Part shown: in pieces, positions 17,177 through 27,271 of the stretch | Numbering within the stretch: position 1 is the stretch's first letter | How the letters are laid out: the number at the start of each line of letters is the position of its first letter | Assembly: GCA_039586795.1 (NCBI GenBank) | Contig: JBDHJS010000006.1 | Coordinates: forward strand, 32,001-96,000 | Origin: Gemmatimonadota bacterium | Lineage (GTDB): Bacteria > Gemmatimonadota > Gemmatimonadetes > Palauibacterales > KS3-K002 | DNA length: 64,000 nt | Reading direction: 5' to 3' | Notes under the pieces: generated by a model | Database searches by the model: none | The model's input: only the letters and a program-made list of their open reading frames with translations | What the model was told of the DNA's origin: nothing | Translations under genes and position numbers: made by a program

Positions 17177-17589
17177 TGAAAGTGTTCCGGAAGATGAAAT
17201 CGGAGGCCGGTATCGGCCTGATGAGCACGATGGTCGCGATGGTCCTTTTGGGGCTGGCGGTCACGGCGCTTTCCAGCTCCGGCATGATGGTCCTGGCGGT
17301 TCACACCGACTCTGCGGTACGCGCGACGGCGACGGCGTTGGCCGCGTCCTATCTCGAGGAGGTCAAGGCCCGTGATCCTCAGACCCTCGCCTCGGAGTCG
17401 GCGGCCAAGATCAACGAGGCCGGCATCGATGAGTCGACGGGCCCTTACATCAGGTCCCTCGAAGTAGCCGACGAGGACGGGCTCGCCTACACGAAGCGAG
17501 TCACCGTACTGGTTCAGTATCCCCGCGGCAAAGGCCGCATGGGTCGAGTGGAGCTGGTCACGGTGATCTACGTGGGAGAAGAGCGATGA
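17176..17589 (+). CDS. PilV-like minor pilin
   Basis: EAG|IGLMSTMVAM hydrophobic helix, ATALAASYLEEVK, KRVTVLVQY; TAATG overlap with the upstream gene. Confidence 0.7.
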   Translation: MKVFRKMKSEAGIGLMSTMVAMVLLGLAVTALSSSGMMVLAVHTDSAVRATATALAASYLEEVKARDPQTLASESAAKINEAGIDESTGPYIRSLEVADEDGLAYTKRVTVLVQYPRGKGRMGRVELVTVIYVGEER

Positions 17590-18566
17590 ACTCGCAGCGC
17601 TTGCTTCGCCTGGCGCTCCCCCGCGACAACAGGCTGTCCTCTGAAGGCTTCACCCTGGTCGAGGCGCTCATCGGCATGATGGTAGGCATCTTAGTCCTCG
17701 GCGCCACCGTCGGGTTCTTGCTGACCCAGATGCGGACCCTCGGCGCTGGCGACGTGCGTGAGGACCTACACCGCAACGCGCGGTATATTGGCGTCTCGCT
17801 GCGCCACGATGTGCAGGCTGCGGGCATCGAAATGAAGACGACCCACGACTTCGGGACGATGGCGGCGTACCCCGGCACCTACGGAGACACGCTGATCGTT
17901 CTTCACGTGCCCTACGTTCCCTCACCGGCGCCGCCCCACGACATCGATCCGCCGGCCGGGACCGACAATCCGCTCCCTGCGGGCGGTACCTGCGGCACGA
18001 ACTGCATCGACGTCACGAAAGAGTCGGGTGTGCAGCTCGAGCTGGTCCAGGGTGACCTTGCTCGCATGCAGATCGGTAGTACGCGACGGTTCATTCTGAT
18101 TGAAAAGATCGTCGCGACCAACGATACGTCGGTTGCCCTCACCTTCACGGCGCACGATACGATCCTCCGCAAGCCCGCCGGTCTCACCGGCGGCCTGCGA
18201 CTCGACCGCTTCAGCACTTTTGTTCAGAAGGTCCAGCCGACCATCTACTGGGTGGACGACCAGAAGCGCCTCTGGCGCGCCGTGCGCCTCAACTCCAGCA
18301 GCAAGCCGGTGGGCCACATCCTGGCCTGGGGCGTCGAGTCTTTCGAGATCCGCCTGATCTTCGAGGACGGCGACGAGCTGGAGCAAGCCAACCCGTTCGA
18401 TAGCGACAACTCGAACGACTATGACGACGTCGTCGCCGTTCGGATCACGGCCACGCTGGCCGCCGACCGCACGGACCAGCGGGTGAACGGAGGGCAGCTG
18501 CTCAAGAAGTCGTACGAATGGGTAATCTCGCCCCGAAACCTGCGGTATGAGAGAAACAGGTTCTAA
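17586..18566 (+). CDS. PilW-like minor pilin
   Basis: SEG|FTLVEALIG, LRHDVQAAG, VVAVRIT, terminal SPRNL. Confidence 0.8.
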   Translation: MNSQRLLRLALPRDNRLSSEGFTLVEALIGMMVGILVLGATVGFLLTQMRTLGAGDVREDLHRNARYIGVSLRHDVQAAGIEMKTTHDFGTMAAYPGTYGDTLIVLHVPYVPSPAPPHDIDPPAGTDNPLPAGGTCGTNCIDVTKESGVQLELVQGDLARMQIGSTRRFILIEKIVATNDTSVALTFTAHDTILRKPAGLTGGLRLDRFSTFVQKVQPTIYWVDDQKRLWRAVRLNSSSKPVGHILAWGVESFEIRLIFEDGDELEQANPFDSDNSNDYDDVVAVRITATLAADRTDQRVNGGQLLKKSYEWVISPRNLRYERNRF

Positions 18567-18602
18567 CGAACGAACTCGGCCCCAACCGAACTGGATTGAG
18601 AT

Positions 18603-20798
18603 ATGCGCATCAAGAGCTTCACAGACGAACGCGGCCTGGCGCTGATCGCCACGTTGCTGCTTCTGGCCCTGGTCGCCGTGCTGACGACGACGGCGCTCAC
18701 CGGCGCCATGAACGCGCTCCGTACGTCGGGCAGCGACTACCAGGACACGCGGGTCTTCTACGCCGCGGAAGCGGGCGCCGAGGCCACACTGGCCCAGCTG
18801 AAGGTCGCGCTGCTCGATGGGTACCTGTCGCCCGACGAGCTGACGAACATGAAGCCGCCAGATCTGAACGCCGTCGACTTCGACAGCTTCGCGGTGAACA
18901 AGGTTGGCGATGAGATCGTCGAGACGATCACCGACGGACCGTTCGCCGGGCTCTACGCGCTGACGCAGAACGTCGACATCTATTCCCGGGCCGCGAACGC
19001 GGCGGGCGATGTCTCAGCGGTCATTCTGCGCGCCAAGGCGCAGGCGATCCCCATCTTCCAGTTCGGCGTCTTCTTCGAGCAGGACCTCGAGGCTACCAAC
19101 GGGCCGCCCATGGAGTTCGTGGGGCGCGTCCATTCGAACGGCAACATCTACCTGAGCTCGGACAACGCCTGGTACCGCGACCTGGTCACCACGCCCAACA
19201 AGATCATCCACGACCGCAAGGACTTCCACAGCGTGAAGAACGGGGTGTACGTTAACGACTCCGGCGGCACCGAGGTCCCGTTGGACTTTGACAGCCGGAC
19301 GCACGCGGACCCCGAAGCGTTCAAGGCGAAGAGCTGCGACAGGTTCGACTGCCGGGTGCAGACCGACGCCTTCGGGGTCGACTCGCTCTCTCTGCCGCTG
19401 CCCGATGGCGTGCCGCCCTACGAGTTGCTCATGCCACGCGAGAACAGCGATGTGGACGCGGAGCGCCAGGTGAAGTTCGCCTGGAACGCCGACATGTACA
19501 TCGAGGTCGACCTGGGCAACATCAGCACCAAGGAGGACGTTTGCATGGGTGGCGGCCCCAAAAAGGACCCGGACGAGGTCGGCGGCGACCTGCAGGTCAC
19601 CGCTCTGCAGAAGGTGGAACCGGGGGCGACCGTCCAGTTCAAGATCCTCAACGTGCCCTGCGGGGAGATCGATGACGTCGATGTCCAAATTACGGCCGAC
19701 GGCGTCACATTCTTTTCGGTCATTGACCTTCAGAACTGTATCTTCCAGGCCACCATCCCCATCGACGCCAACGACGTCGTCTTGACCGCCATTGGCGACG
19801 ATGACGGTATCGGGACGGTGATGAACGGGAGCGCCTTCTGGTACGGGCTTCAGTACGTCAACGATCTCGCGCCCTGGCCGGCGACGACGATCACCCGCAG
19901 TTCGGGTGGTGACGTTCCGGCTGCTAAAGACATGTGCAACATGTTCTGGTGGGATTGGGCGAGCTTCTACGACGGGCGCGAAAAGGAGCTCAAAGATGTG
20001 CTCAACATCGACATCGCCCAGATAGTCGCCTGGGCCGGCGGCTCGTCCTCCCGGAGCAGTGAGGTCATTTACGTCGAGATCAAGGTTCCCAATACGATCA
20101 ATGGGTACTCGCAAGAGACGCTGGACCTGATATTGGACGGGACACTCGATCCGGCGGTGCGCGTGCTCAACGGCCAGACGCTGCCGAATCCGATGTCGCT
20201 GGCCAGCGAATGGCCGCTCTACGTGAAGGGCGACTATAACCGCTTCGCGAAGAAGCCCGCCGCCCTGGCCGGCGACGGCATCACTATCCTGTCTAATGCT
20301 TGGGACGATGCGAACAACAAGCCGCCCGGCGGTACCTACACCTCCTGTACGAACCAGACCGCTCCAAACTCTCCGTGTGCACACTACTTGACCTGGCAAG
20401 CCACCTGGACGAAGGGGCCGAGCCTCGAGACCTGGGTCAACGCGGCGATCCTCGCCGGGCACACGGCGACGCCGTGTGACCATGAAGATTCTTCCTGCAT
20501 CGCCGACGGCTCGAGCGCCTACTATACGGACTGGTACGGCGGCGGACTGGAGAACTTCCCACGCTTCCTCGAGCGCTGGTACAACACTAGCGGAGTTCGC
20601 CAGACGCTCCATTTCGTGGGCGCTCTGATCAGCCCGTTCACCAGCCAGAAGACGACCGGCACTTGGAACGGCAGCTACTACTCGCCGCCCCAGCGTGACT
20701 GGCAATTCGATACAGATTTCCAAGACCCGAGGCTCTTGCCGCCGGGCACGCCCAACGTGGGGTACGTCCTGCGAACCGCCATGAGAGAGGCATACTGA
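18603..20798 (+). CDS. Large PilX-like minor pilin / putative tip adhesin, copy 1
   Basis: ERG|LALIATLLL, FYAAEAG, IPIFQFGVFF, GRVHSNGNI; 731 aa. Confidence 0.8.
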   Translation: MRIKSFTDERGLALIATLLLLALVAVLTTTALTGAMNALRTSGSDYQDTRVFYAAEAGAEATLAQLKVALLDGYLSPDELTNMKPPDLNAVDFDSFAVNKVGDEIVETITDGPFAGLYALTQNVDIYSRAANAAGDVSAVILRAKAQAIPIFQFGVFFEQDLEATNGPPMEFVGRVHSNGNIYLSSDNAWYRDLVTTPNKIIHDRKDFHSVKNGVYVNDSGGTEVPLDFDSRTHADPEAFKAKSCDRFDCRVQTDAFGVDSLSLPLPDGVPPYELLMPRENSDVDAERQVKFAWNADMYIEVDLGNISTKEDVCMGGGPKKDPDEVGGDLQVTALQKVEPGATVQFKILNVPCGEIDDVDVQITADGVTFFSVIDLQNCIFQATIPIDANDVVLTAIGDDDGIGTVMNGSAFWYGLQYVNDLAPWPATTITRSSGGDVPAAKDMCNMFWWDWASFYDGREKELKDVLNIDIAQIVAWAGGSSSRSSEVIYVEIKVPNTINGYSQETLDLILDGTLDPAVRVLNGQTLPNPMSLASEWPLYVKGDYNRFAKKPAALAGDGITILSNAWDDANNKPPGGTYTSCTNQTAPNSPCAHYLTWQATWTKGPSLETWVNAAILAGHTATPCDHEDSSCIADGSSAYYTDWYGGGLENFPRFLERWYNTSGVRQTLHFVGALISPFTSQKTTGTWNGSYYSPPQRDWQFDTDFQDPRLLPPGTPNVGYVLRTAMREAY

Positions 20799-20831
20799 GC
20801 TCGTCATAGACCTTAGAACGACATTCAACCC

Positions 20832-20872
20832 GCCCTTGGATCGCCAACCCGGCGATCCAAGGGCCTTTTTTT
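20832..20872 (+). terminator. Intrinsic terminator between the two PilX-like genes
   Basis: 14-bp perfect stem GCCCTTGGATCGCC / GGCGATCCAAGGGC, loop AACCC, then CTTTTTTT. Confidence 0.9.
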
Positions 20873-20933
20873 CGGGGGCATCCAGGCTTCCCAGGGACCA
20901 GCAACAGTCCCGTCCGACAACCCGGAGATTTGT

Positions 20934-23189
20934 GTGATGGATTTATTGCCCAGTGTCACAGGGCTAAGGCTTTCGGCCAGGAAGCTCTGCCAGCGAACGG
21001 ACGATCGCAGCGGACTGGCCCTTATTGCCACTTTGCTGCTGCTTGCGATGGTCGCAGTGCTCACGACCACGGCGCTCACCGGCGCGATGAACGCGCTGCG
21101 CACGGCCGGCAGCGACTATCAGGACACTCGGATCTTCTACGCGGCGGAAGCCGGCGCCGAGGGTACCTTGGCCCAGCTGAAGATCGCACTCGCCGACGGC
21201 TACCTGTCGCCCGACGAGCTGACGAACATGAAGCCGCCTCAATTCGACGGCATTGACTTCGACAGCTTTACGGTGAACAAGATCGGCGATGAGACGGTAG
21301 AGACGATCACCGACGGTCCCTACGCGGGGCTGTTCGCCCTCACGCAGAACGTCGACATCTACTCTCATGCGTCAAACGCCGCCGGCGATATCTCGGCGGT
21401 CATCCTGCGGGCCAAGGCGCAGGCGATCCCGATCTTTCAGTTCGGCGTCTTCTTCGAGGGCGATTTGGAAGGCACGAACGGCCCACCGCTCCATATGGCG
21501 GGCCGTGTCCATTCGAATGGCAACATCTATCTCAGCTCCAGCAACGCGTGGTACCACGAGATGGTCACCACCCCCAACAAGGTGTTTCACGACCGAAAGG
21601 ACCAGCACTACGTGCGCAACGGCGTCTACATCGACGACTCCGGCGGCAACGCGGTACGACTCAACTTCGACAGCCGTTCGCATCCCGATCCCGAGGCCTT
21701 CAAGTCGGAAAGCTGTTCGAGATTCGACTGTCGCCTGCAAACCGATGCGTTCGACGTCGATTCTCTGAGCTTGCCCCTGCCGGACGGCGTCTTGCCCTAC
21801 GAGCTGGTGCGGCCGCGTGAGGATAGTGACACCGACGCGGAACGCAACGTGAAGTTCGCCTGGAACGCCGACTTCTACCTCACCATAGACCTGGTGAACC
21901 TATCGACGGAGGACGTCGAGTGTGGCAACGTGTCAGTGGTGCCGGATCCGGATGTCATCAACTCGGGCAACATAACGCTGACCGGCTCCGGGGCGCTTTG
22001 CCCGGGCGAACTCGTCACGTTCGTGGCCAGCCATCCCGACCTCGTCTGCGCGGATTTCGACTTTCGGGCGCTGCGCACTGTCGAGGCCGGCGGGAAGATA
22101 AATTCCGAGCCCATGGACGGCTGTCAATTCAAAGTGAATCTTCCGGACGGGGCGCCGACAGACATCAGGATCACGATCGAACTCAAGATGGCTGATTATC
22201 CGCAACTGAGTCAGGACGAACTGGCCGATGTCTTGTGGTTGCAGGACACGATCGACGCCAACTGCACGGGTGGCGCCACCCTGAGCAACGACCCGTGGCC
22301 GAACATGGTCGTTACGCGGGCGGGCGGGGAGTCGCCCGACAAGGCTGATCTGTGCTCGATCTTCCAGTGGGAGTGGTCGGACTTTTTCGATGGCCGCGAG
22401 AACGAGCTAAAGGACGTCCTGAACGTCGATCTCGCCGCGCTGAACGCATGGGTCACTGGCAACGCGCAACGTACGATCGAGATCCTCTACGTCGATTTCG
22501 TCGTGCCCGGCGATATCAAAAACTACAAACCGCTGACCAAGGACCTGTTGCCGGACGCGACGGTCGATCCGGCGCTGCGGCTCATCAACGGAAGCTCGCT
22601 CCCGAACCGCATGACGATCGCCAACGAATGGCCGCTCTACATCCGGGGCAACCTGAACAGCGTCAACAAACAGCCGGCGGCCGTAACGGGGGATGGCATC
22701 ACGATCCAGTCGAATGCTTGGCTAGATGCGAATAACCGTCCGCCCGAAAGCGTATTCACCGCCTGTAAAGGCATCGTTAGCGCCGGCAACGCTTGCCCCA
22801 AATACACGGATTGGATGCCAACCTGGGCCATGCGAACCGCTTCGGAGACGACTGTGAACGCGGCCTTCCTCGGCGGTCACTGGGCGACGCCATGCGATCA
22901 CGAGGACGCGGGATGCGGCGGCGGCTACTACGACTTCTACGGCGGCGGCTTTCACAACTTCCCGCGCTTTGTCGAAGACTGGCTGCGTACAGTCAAGTTC
23001 CACTACACAGGCGCCTTGATCAGTCCGTTCACTAGTCAGAAGACGACGGGCACCTGGAACCTGACCTACTACGAGCCGCCGGATCGCAACTGGGCGTTCG
23101 ATACCGACTTCCGCGACCCGAGGCTCCTGCCGCCCGGTACACCGAACGTCGGTTACGTGCTCCGTACCGCAATGCGCGAGGCCTATTAG
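20934..23189 (+). CDS. Large PilX-like minor pilin / putative tip adhesin, copy 2
   Basis: RSG|LALIATLLL, FYAAEAG; paralog of 18603-20798 with an identical 24-aa C-terminus; GGAG before GTG. Confidence 0.8.
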   Translation: MMDLLPSVTGLRLSARKLCQRTDDRSGLALIATLLLLAMVAVLTTTALTGAMNALRTAGSDYQDTRIFYAAEAGAEGTLAQLKIALADGYLSPDELTNMKPPQFDGIDFDSFTVNKIGDETVETITDGPYAGLFALTQNVDIYSHASNAAGDISAVILRAKAQAIPIFQFGVFFEGDLEGTNGPPLHMAGRVHSNGNIYLSSSNAWYHEMVTTPNKVFHDRKDQHYVRNGVYIDDSGGNAVRLNFDSRSHPDPEAFKSESCSRFDCRLQTDAFDVDSLSLPLPDGVLPYELVRPREDSDTDAERNVKFAWNADFYLTIDLVNLSTEDVECGNVSVVPDPDVINSGNITLTGSGALCPGELVTFVASHPDLVCADFDFRALRTVEAGGKINSEPMDGCQFKVNLPDGAPTDIRITIELKMADYPQLSQDELADVLWLQDTIDANCTGGATLSNDPWPNMVVTRAGGESPDKADLCSIFQWEWSDFFDGRENELKDVLNVDLAALNAWVTGNAQRTIEILYVDFVVPGDIKNYKPLTKDLLPDATVDPALRLINGSSLPNRMTIANEWPLYIRGNLNSVNKQPAAVTGDGITIQSNAWLDANNRPPESVFTACKGIVSAGNACPKYTDWMPTWAMRTASETTVNAAFLGGHWATPCDHEDAGCGGGYYDFYGGGFHNFPRFVEDWLRTVKFHYTGALISPFTSQKTTGTWNLTYYEPPDRNWAFDTDFRDPRLLPPGTPNVGYVLRTAMREAY

Positions 23190-23220
23190 TCCGTTTTCCC
23201 GAAGTATCGGCTGGACGCAC

Positions 23221-23246
23221 GGGGCCGTCGCAAGACGGCCCCATTT
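23221..23246 (+). terminator. Hairpin, probable terminator after PilX copy 2
   Basis: GGGGCCGTC-GCAA-GACGGCCCC then ATTT (weak U tract). Confidence 0.55.
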
Positions 23247-23351
23247 GCATCTGGCTTGCTGACCCGTCGTCGACCGAACGGACACTTCCCTGGAGAGAGC
23301 GCCGTGCCTATTCTTGGGTCGAACACTGTCCGGACGGCCTGCCGTCCGCCG

Positions 23352-23425
23352 GGGCCCGTAGCTCAGTTGGTCAGAGCAGCCGACTCATAATCGGTAGGTC
23401 GCAGGTTCGAGTCCTGCCGGGCCCA
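23352..23425 (+). tRNA. tRNA with CAT anticodon, most likely tRNA-Ile2 (lysidine); CCA not encoded
   Basis: Cloverleaf: GGGCCCG/CGGGCCC acceptor, GCCGA-CTCATAA-TCGGT, GCAGG-TTCGAGT-CCTGC; paired 1:72 excludes initiator; C4:G69 and C5:G68 fit TilS determinants. Confidence 0.9.
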
Positions 23426-23447
23426 CTCGCCTTCACCGGAGCGCTCG

Positions 23448-23807
23448 ATGCCCGTCAACGTTCGCCGCTTCCTCTACAGCATGCTCGCCACGCTCGGCGT
23501 CATCATGATGGTGCCCCTCACCATCAACGTGGCCCGCTTACAATCGGCGCTCGAGCAGTTCGACCCGCTGGCAACGGACGGGCTGGGGCTCGATCCCGAG
23601 GTCTCCGCCTGGCTCGGTGGTCTCTGGCTGCTCTTCCTGGCCGGCACTTGTGTCTCCGTCGGGTTCCTCTACCTGGCCCTCTCAACCGGCCATCTCAAGG
23701 GCTGGCGCCCCGTCGGGAACGGGGAACCCCGCTGCGCGCGCTGCGGCAGCCCGTTGGCCATGGGGCTCGAGCGCTGCGGCACCTGCGACCAGCGGCTGTC
23801 CTGGTGA
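23448..23807 (+). CDS. Small two-TM membrane protein with C-terminal zinc ribbon
   Basis: Two hydrophobic helices, CARCG...CGTC; GGAG RBS. Confidence 0.7.
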   Translation: MPVNVRRFLYSMLATLGVIMMVPLTINVARLQSALEQFDPLATDGLGLDPEVSAWLGGLWLLFLAGTCVSVGFLYLALSTGHLKGWRPVGNGEPRCARCGSPLAMGLERCGTCDQRLSW

Positions 23808-23920
23808 CCGCCAGGCCCGACAGCCTACGCCGCTCAGCGGTCCCAGCATTGACAATAGCCCCCACCCCGTCCACGTTTCGGCGTTTCGAATCAGCCATAC
23901 GATAGAAAGACAGGAGCAGG

Positions 23921-25540
23921 ATGTTTTCTGGAATACGTGGTCGTTTGCTAGTCATCTTCGGCGTGATGGCGATTTGCGGGTGGGCGCTGGGCGGGCCTGC
24001 CATCCAGGGCAAGGATGATCCGCCACTCAAGCTGGGCCTCGATCTGCAGGGCGGCACCCATCTCGTGCTTCAGGTCGCCGACCCGGATGAAGCCATGTCG
24101 GCCGAAGCGCGTGCCGATGCCGCCGACCGGGCCCGCGAGATCATCACAAACCGTATCGACCAGTTCGGCGTCCGCGAGCCTACCGTGCAGCGCATCGGCG
24201 CCGACCGCCTCATCGTCGAGCTGGCGGGTATTCAGGACGTCGATCGCGCCAAGTCGATCATCGAACAGACGGCGTTCCTCGAGTTCAAGATCCTGACCGA
24301 CGGGATGGATCTGGTTCAGCTCCTGCCCGTCATCGATAGCCTGGTCGTCAGGGCGGTGGGTGAAGAGGCGATCCCCGAGGAAGCCCGGGTGGAAGCCGGC
24401 CCGACGATCGAGCAGCTGTTCCAGCAACAGGATTCAGGTCAGGCGGAGACCGAAGCTCAGGCCGAGCCGGAGCAGGAGCTTCGCCCGCTCACCACGCTGC
24501 TCCTCGACTCCGGCGAGCCCGGAATCTTCCTGGTCGAAGAACCGCAGGTCGAGACCGTTCAGACCTACCTGGCGGTGCCGGAGGTTGCGGCTCGTATTCC
24601 CGAGTCGATCGACGTCGTCTGGGGTGCCGACTCGGACACCCGGGCCGTCGCTGGCAAAGTCTATCGCCCCCTGTACGTCGTCGAGATGCGGCCGCTGATC
24701 ACGGGCGAATACCTGACTAACGCTCAGGCGATCCGCGATCCGCAGACAAACCAGCCGATCGTCCCGTTCGAGCTCACACGGCAGGGCGGCCGCATCTTCG
24801 AGCGCGGTACCGCCCAGCACGTCGGCGATCGCATGGCGATCATCCTCGACGCCAAGGTCCAGGGTAGCCCGCCGGTCATTCGCGACGTACTGCGCGACCG
24901 GGCCCAGATCGAGCTCGGCTCCGGCGCGACACTCGATCAGGCGGCGGACCTGGCGCTGGTGCTGCGCGCCGGCGCCCTGCCGGCTCCCATGGAGATCATC
25001 GAGGAGCGCACCGTCGGGCCGTCACTGGGTCAGGACTCCATCGACCAGGGCAAGGTTGCCGGGATCGTCGGCCTCATCCTCGTCGTTGTGGTGATGATCG
25101 CCTACTACCGGTTTGCCGGCTTGTTGGCGGTCCTCGGCCTGCTGATCTACGTACTCGTCGTTCTCGGCTGCCTGGCCGGTATACAAGCCACGCTCACCGT
25201 CCCGGGCATCGCCGGCCTCATCCTGTCGGTCGGGATGGCCGTGGACGCCAACGTGCTAATCTTCGAGCGAGTACGAGAAGAACTGGAAGGCGGCAAGACG
25301 CCGCGCACCGCGGTCGACTCAGGCTTTCAGAACGCGCTTTCCGCCATCATCGACTCGAACCTGACGACGCTGATCACCGCGACCATCCTGTACCAGTTCG
25401 GGACCCAAACGGTCAAAGGATTCGCGGTCACTCTCTTCATTGGTATCCTGGCGTCATTCTTCACCGCCGTCTTCGTGGTCAGGACTTTCATGATCATCTG
25501 GTTGGAACGCCGCTCGCCCACTGCCGAGCTGCGCATATAG
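23921..25540 (+). CDS. secD: Protein translocase subunit SecD
   Basis: LKLGLDLQGG, RIDQFGVREP, LRAGALPAP, VGPSLG, GMAVDANVLIFER. Confidence 0.97.
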   Translation: MFSGIRGRLLVIFGVMAICGWALGGPAIQGKDDPPLKLGLDLQGGTHLVLQVADPDEAMSAEARADAADRAREIITNRIDQFGVREPTVQRIGADRLIVELAGIQDVDRAKSIIEQTAFLEFKILTDGMDLVQLLPVIDSLVVRAVGEEAIPEEARVEAGPTIEQLFQQQDSGQAETEAQAEPEQELRPLTTLLLDSGEPGIFLVEEPQVETVQTYLAVPEVAARIPESIDVVWGADSDTRAVAGKVYRPLYVVEMRPLITGEYLTNAQAIRDPQTNQPIVPFELTRQGGRIFERGTAQHVGDRMAIILDAKVQGSPPVIRDVLRDRAQIELGSGATLDQAADLALVLRAGALPAPMEIIEERTVGPSLGQDSIDQGKVAGIVGLILVVVVMIAYYRFAGLLAVLGLLIYVLVVLGCLAGIQATLTVPGIAGLILSVGMAVDANVLIFERVREELEGGKTPRTAVDSGFQNALSAIIDSNLTTLITATILYQFGTQTVKGFAVTLFIGILASFFTAVFVVRTFMIIWLERRSPTAELRI

Positions 25541-25555
25541 ACGAGGAAGTCAACG

Positions 25556-26500
25556 ATGCGGGTATTCGCAACAGCGGACTACAAGTTCTTAGAGGTACGC
25601 AGGAAGGCGTACGTCGTCTCAGCGGTGTTCATCGTGATCGGGGTGCTTTCGATCTTCGCACGCGGTGGCCTCAACTACGGCGTCGATTTCACAGGCGGCA
25701 CCCTGTTCCAGGTTCGCTTCGACCATAGCGTGGAGGCGGCCGACATCCGCAGCGCCCTGGGCGAAGCCGGCGTCGCTAACCTTCAGGTTCAGGATTTCGG
25801 CGGCCCCGACGAGTTCCTCATCCGCACCGCCGTCTTCCTCGAGGGCGACCGCGAGCTGGCCGACGTCGTCAGCCAGACCATGTCTGAAGAGTTCGGCGCC
25901 GACTCGTACCAGATCGTCAGGGTCGAGGCCGTCGGCCCGAAAGTGGGCGGCGAACTGCGTCAGCGGGCTATAACAGCGGTGTTGATCTCGTTCTTGCTGA
26001 CTTTACTCTATCTCGGCTTCCGCTTCGAGTGGCGGTTCGGTCTGGCGGCTATCATCGCCACCGTGCACGACGTGCTCATCACGTTTGGGTTGATATCGAT
26101 GCTCAACATCGAGATCTCTCTGCCCACCGTCGCCGCGTTGCTCACGATCATCGGTTACTCGCTCAACGACACGATCGTCATCTTCGATCGCATCCGTGAG
26201 AACCTCAAGAAGCATCGCCGCTTGAAGTACATCGAGATTCTCGATCGCTCGATCAACGAGACGCTGCCCCGTACCGTGATGACCAGTGGTACCACGCTGG
26301 CGGTGCTTCTGGCGCTCGCCGTGCTTGGCGGCGCGGTCCTCCGCGAGTTCATCGTCGTGCTGATCATCGGTGTGCTCATCGGAACGTACTCGTCGATCTT
26401 CGTCGCCTCCCCGGCGCTCCTCGAGGTCGAGCAGCGGTCCGGCGGCGTGCGCAGCAAGACCGACCGGCGGAAGGTGGCGGCAGCCCGCGCCGATGTTTGA
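25556..26500 (+). CDS. secF: Protein translocase subunit SecF
   Basis: GVDFTGG, VGPKVGGEL, GYSLNDTIVIFDRIREN, GTYSSIFVA. Confidence 0.97.
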   Translation: MRVFATADYKFLEVRRKAYVVSAVFIVIGVLSIFARGGLNYGVDFTGGTLFQVRFDHSVEAADIRSALGEAGVANLQVQDFGGPDEFLIRTAVFLEGDRELADVVSQTMSEEFGADSYQIVRVEAVGPKVGGELRQRAITAVLISFLLTLLYLGFRFEWRFGLAAIIATVHDVLITFGLISMLNIEISLPTVAALLTIIGYSLNDTIVIFDRIRENLKKHRRLKYIEILDRSINETLPRTVMTSGTTLAVLLALAVLGGAVLREFIVVLIIGVLIGTYSSIFVASPALLEVEQRSGGVRSKTDRRKVAAARADV

Positions 26501-27267
26501 AGCTCTTTGATTCGCACGCCCATCTGACCGACGAGAGCCTCTCGTCAGAGCTCGACGCTGTCCTGGCCCGAGCGGCCGACGCCGGCGTCGAGCTCGTCGT
26601 TTCCATCGCCAGTGACCTCCGCGATGCCGAAGCGGCGATCGGAATCGCCGATCGCTCTTCCAGGCCGCGCGTCTTTGCCACCGCGGGGATCCATCCACAC
26701 GCGGCGGAGCAATTCAGCGACTCGTCCATCGCCGAGCTCGAGCGGCTCCTCGAACCCGACTCGGTCGTCGCCGTCGGCGAGACCGGCCTCGACTTCTACT
26801 ACGACAACGCGCCCCGGGAGACGCAGATCGCCGCCTTCCGCGCGCAGGTCCAGCTCGCCGAGCGCCGCGGGCTACCCGTCGTCGTTCACGCCAGGGAAGC
26901 CGACGCCCAGGTCGCCGAGATCGTTAGCGAGCACGCCGGCCGCGTCACCGGCGTCTTGCACTGCTTCAGCAGCGGGCCGGACCTGCTGGAGACGGGACTC
27001 GATTGCGATTGGTACGTGTCCTTCTCGGGTCTGATCACCTTCAAGAAGTACGATGGCCATGACCTCGTGCGCCGTGTCCCGGACGACCGGTTGCTGGTAG
27101 AAACGGACAGCCCCTACCTGGCTCCCGTGCCGCGACGCGGGCGGCGGAACGAACCGGCGTTGGTCGAGCACACCGTCGCCAAGCTCGCCGAGATCAGGTC
27201 CCAGCCGCTGGAGCGGGTGGCGGAGCTGACGTACGAGAATGCGTGTCGGTTCTATGCGCTCGCCTAG
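26497..27267 (+). CDS. tatD: TatD-family hydrolase/DNase
   Basis: FDSHAHL, GIHPH, VGETGLDF, LHCFS, ETDSPYLAP, RNEP. Confidence 0.93.
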   Translation: MKLFDSHAHLTDESLSSELDAVLARAADAGVELVVSIASDLRDAEAAIGIADRSSRPRVFATAGIHPHAAEQFSDSSIAELERLLEPDSVVAVGETGLDFYYDNAPRETQIAAFRAQVQLAERRGLPVVVHAREADAQVAEIVSEHAGRVTGVLHCFSSGPDLLETGLDCDWYVSFSGLITFKKYDGHDLVRRVPDDRLLVETDSPYLAPVPRRGRRNEPALVEHTVAKLAEIRSQPLERVAELTYENACRFYALA

Positions 27268-27271
27268 CGGC

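Noticed and set aside
23352..23425. Initiator or elongator tRNA-Met, and an att site for the pilin cluster
   Set aside because: Paired 1:72, no triple G-C anticodon stem and Ile2-like acceptor; no duplicated tRNA end or integrase seen in the window
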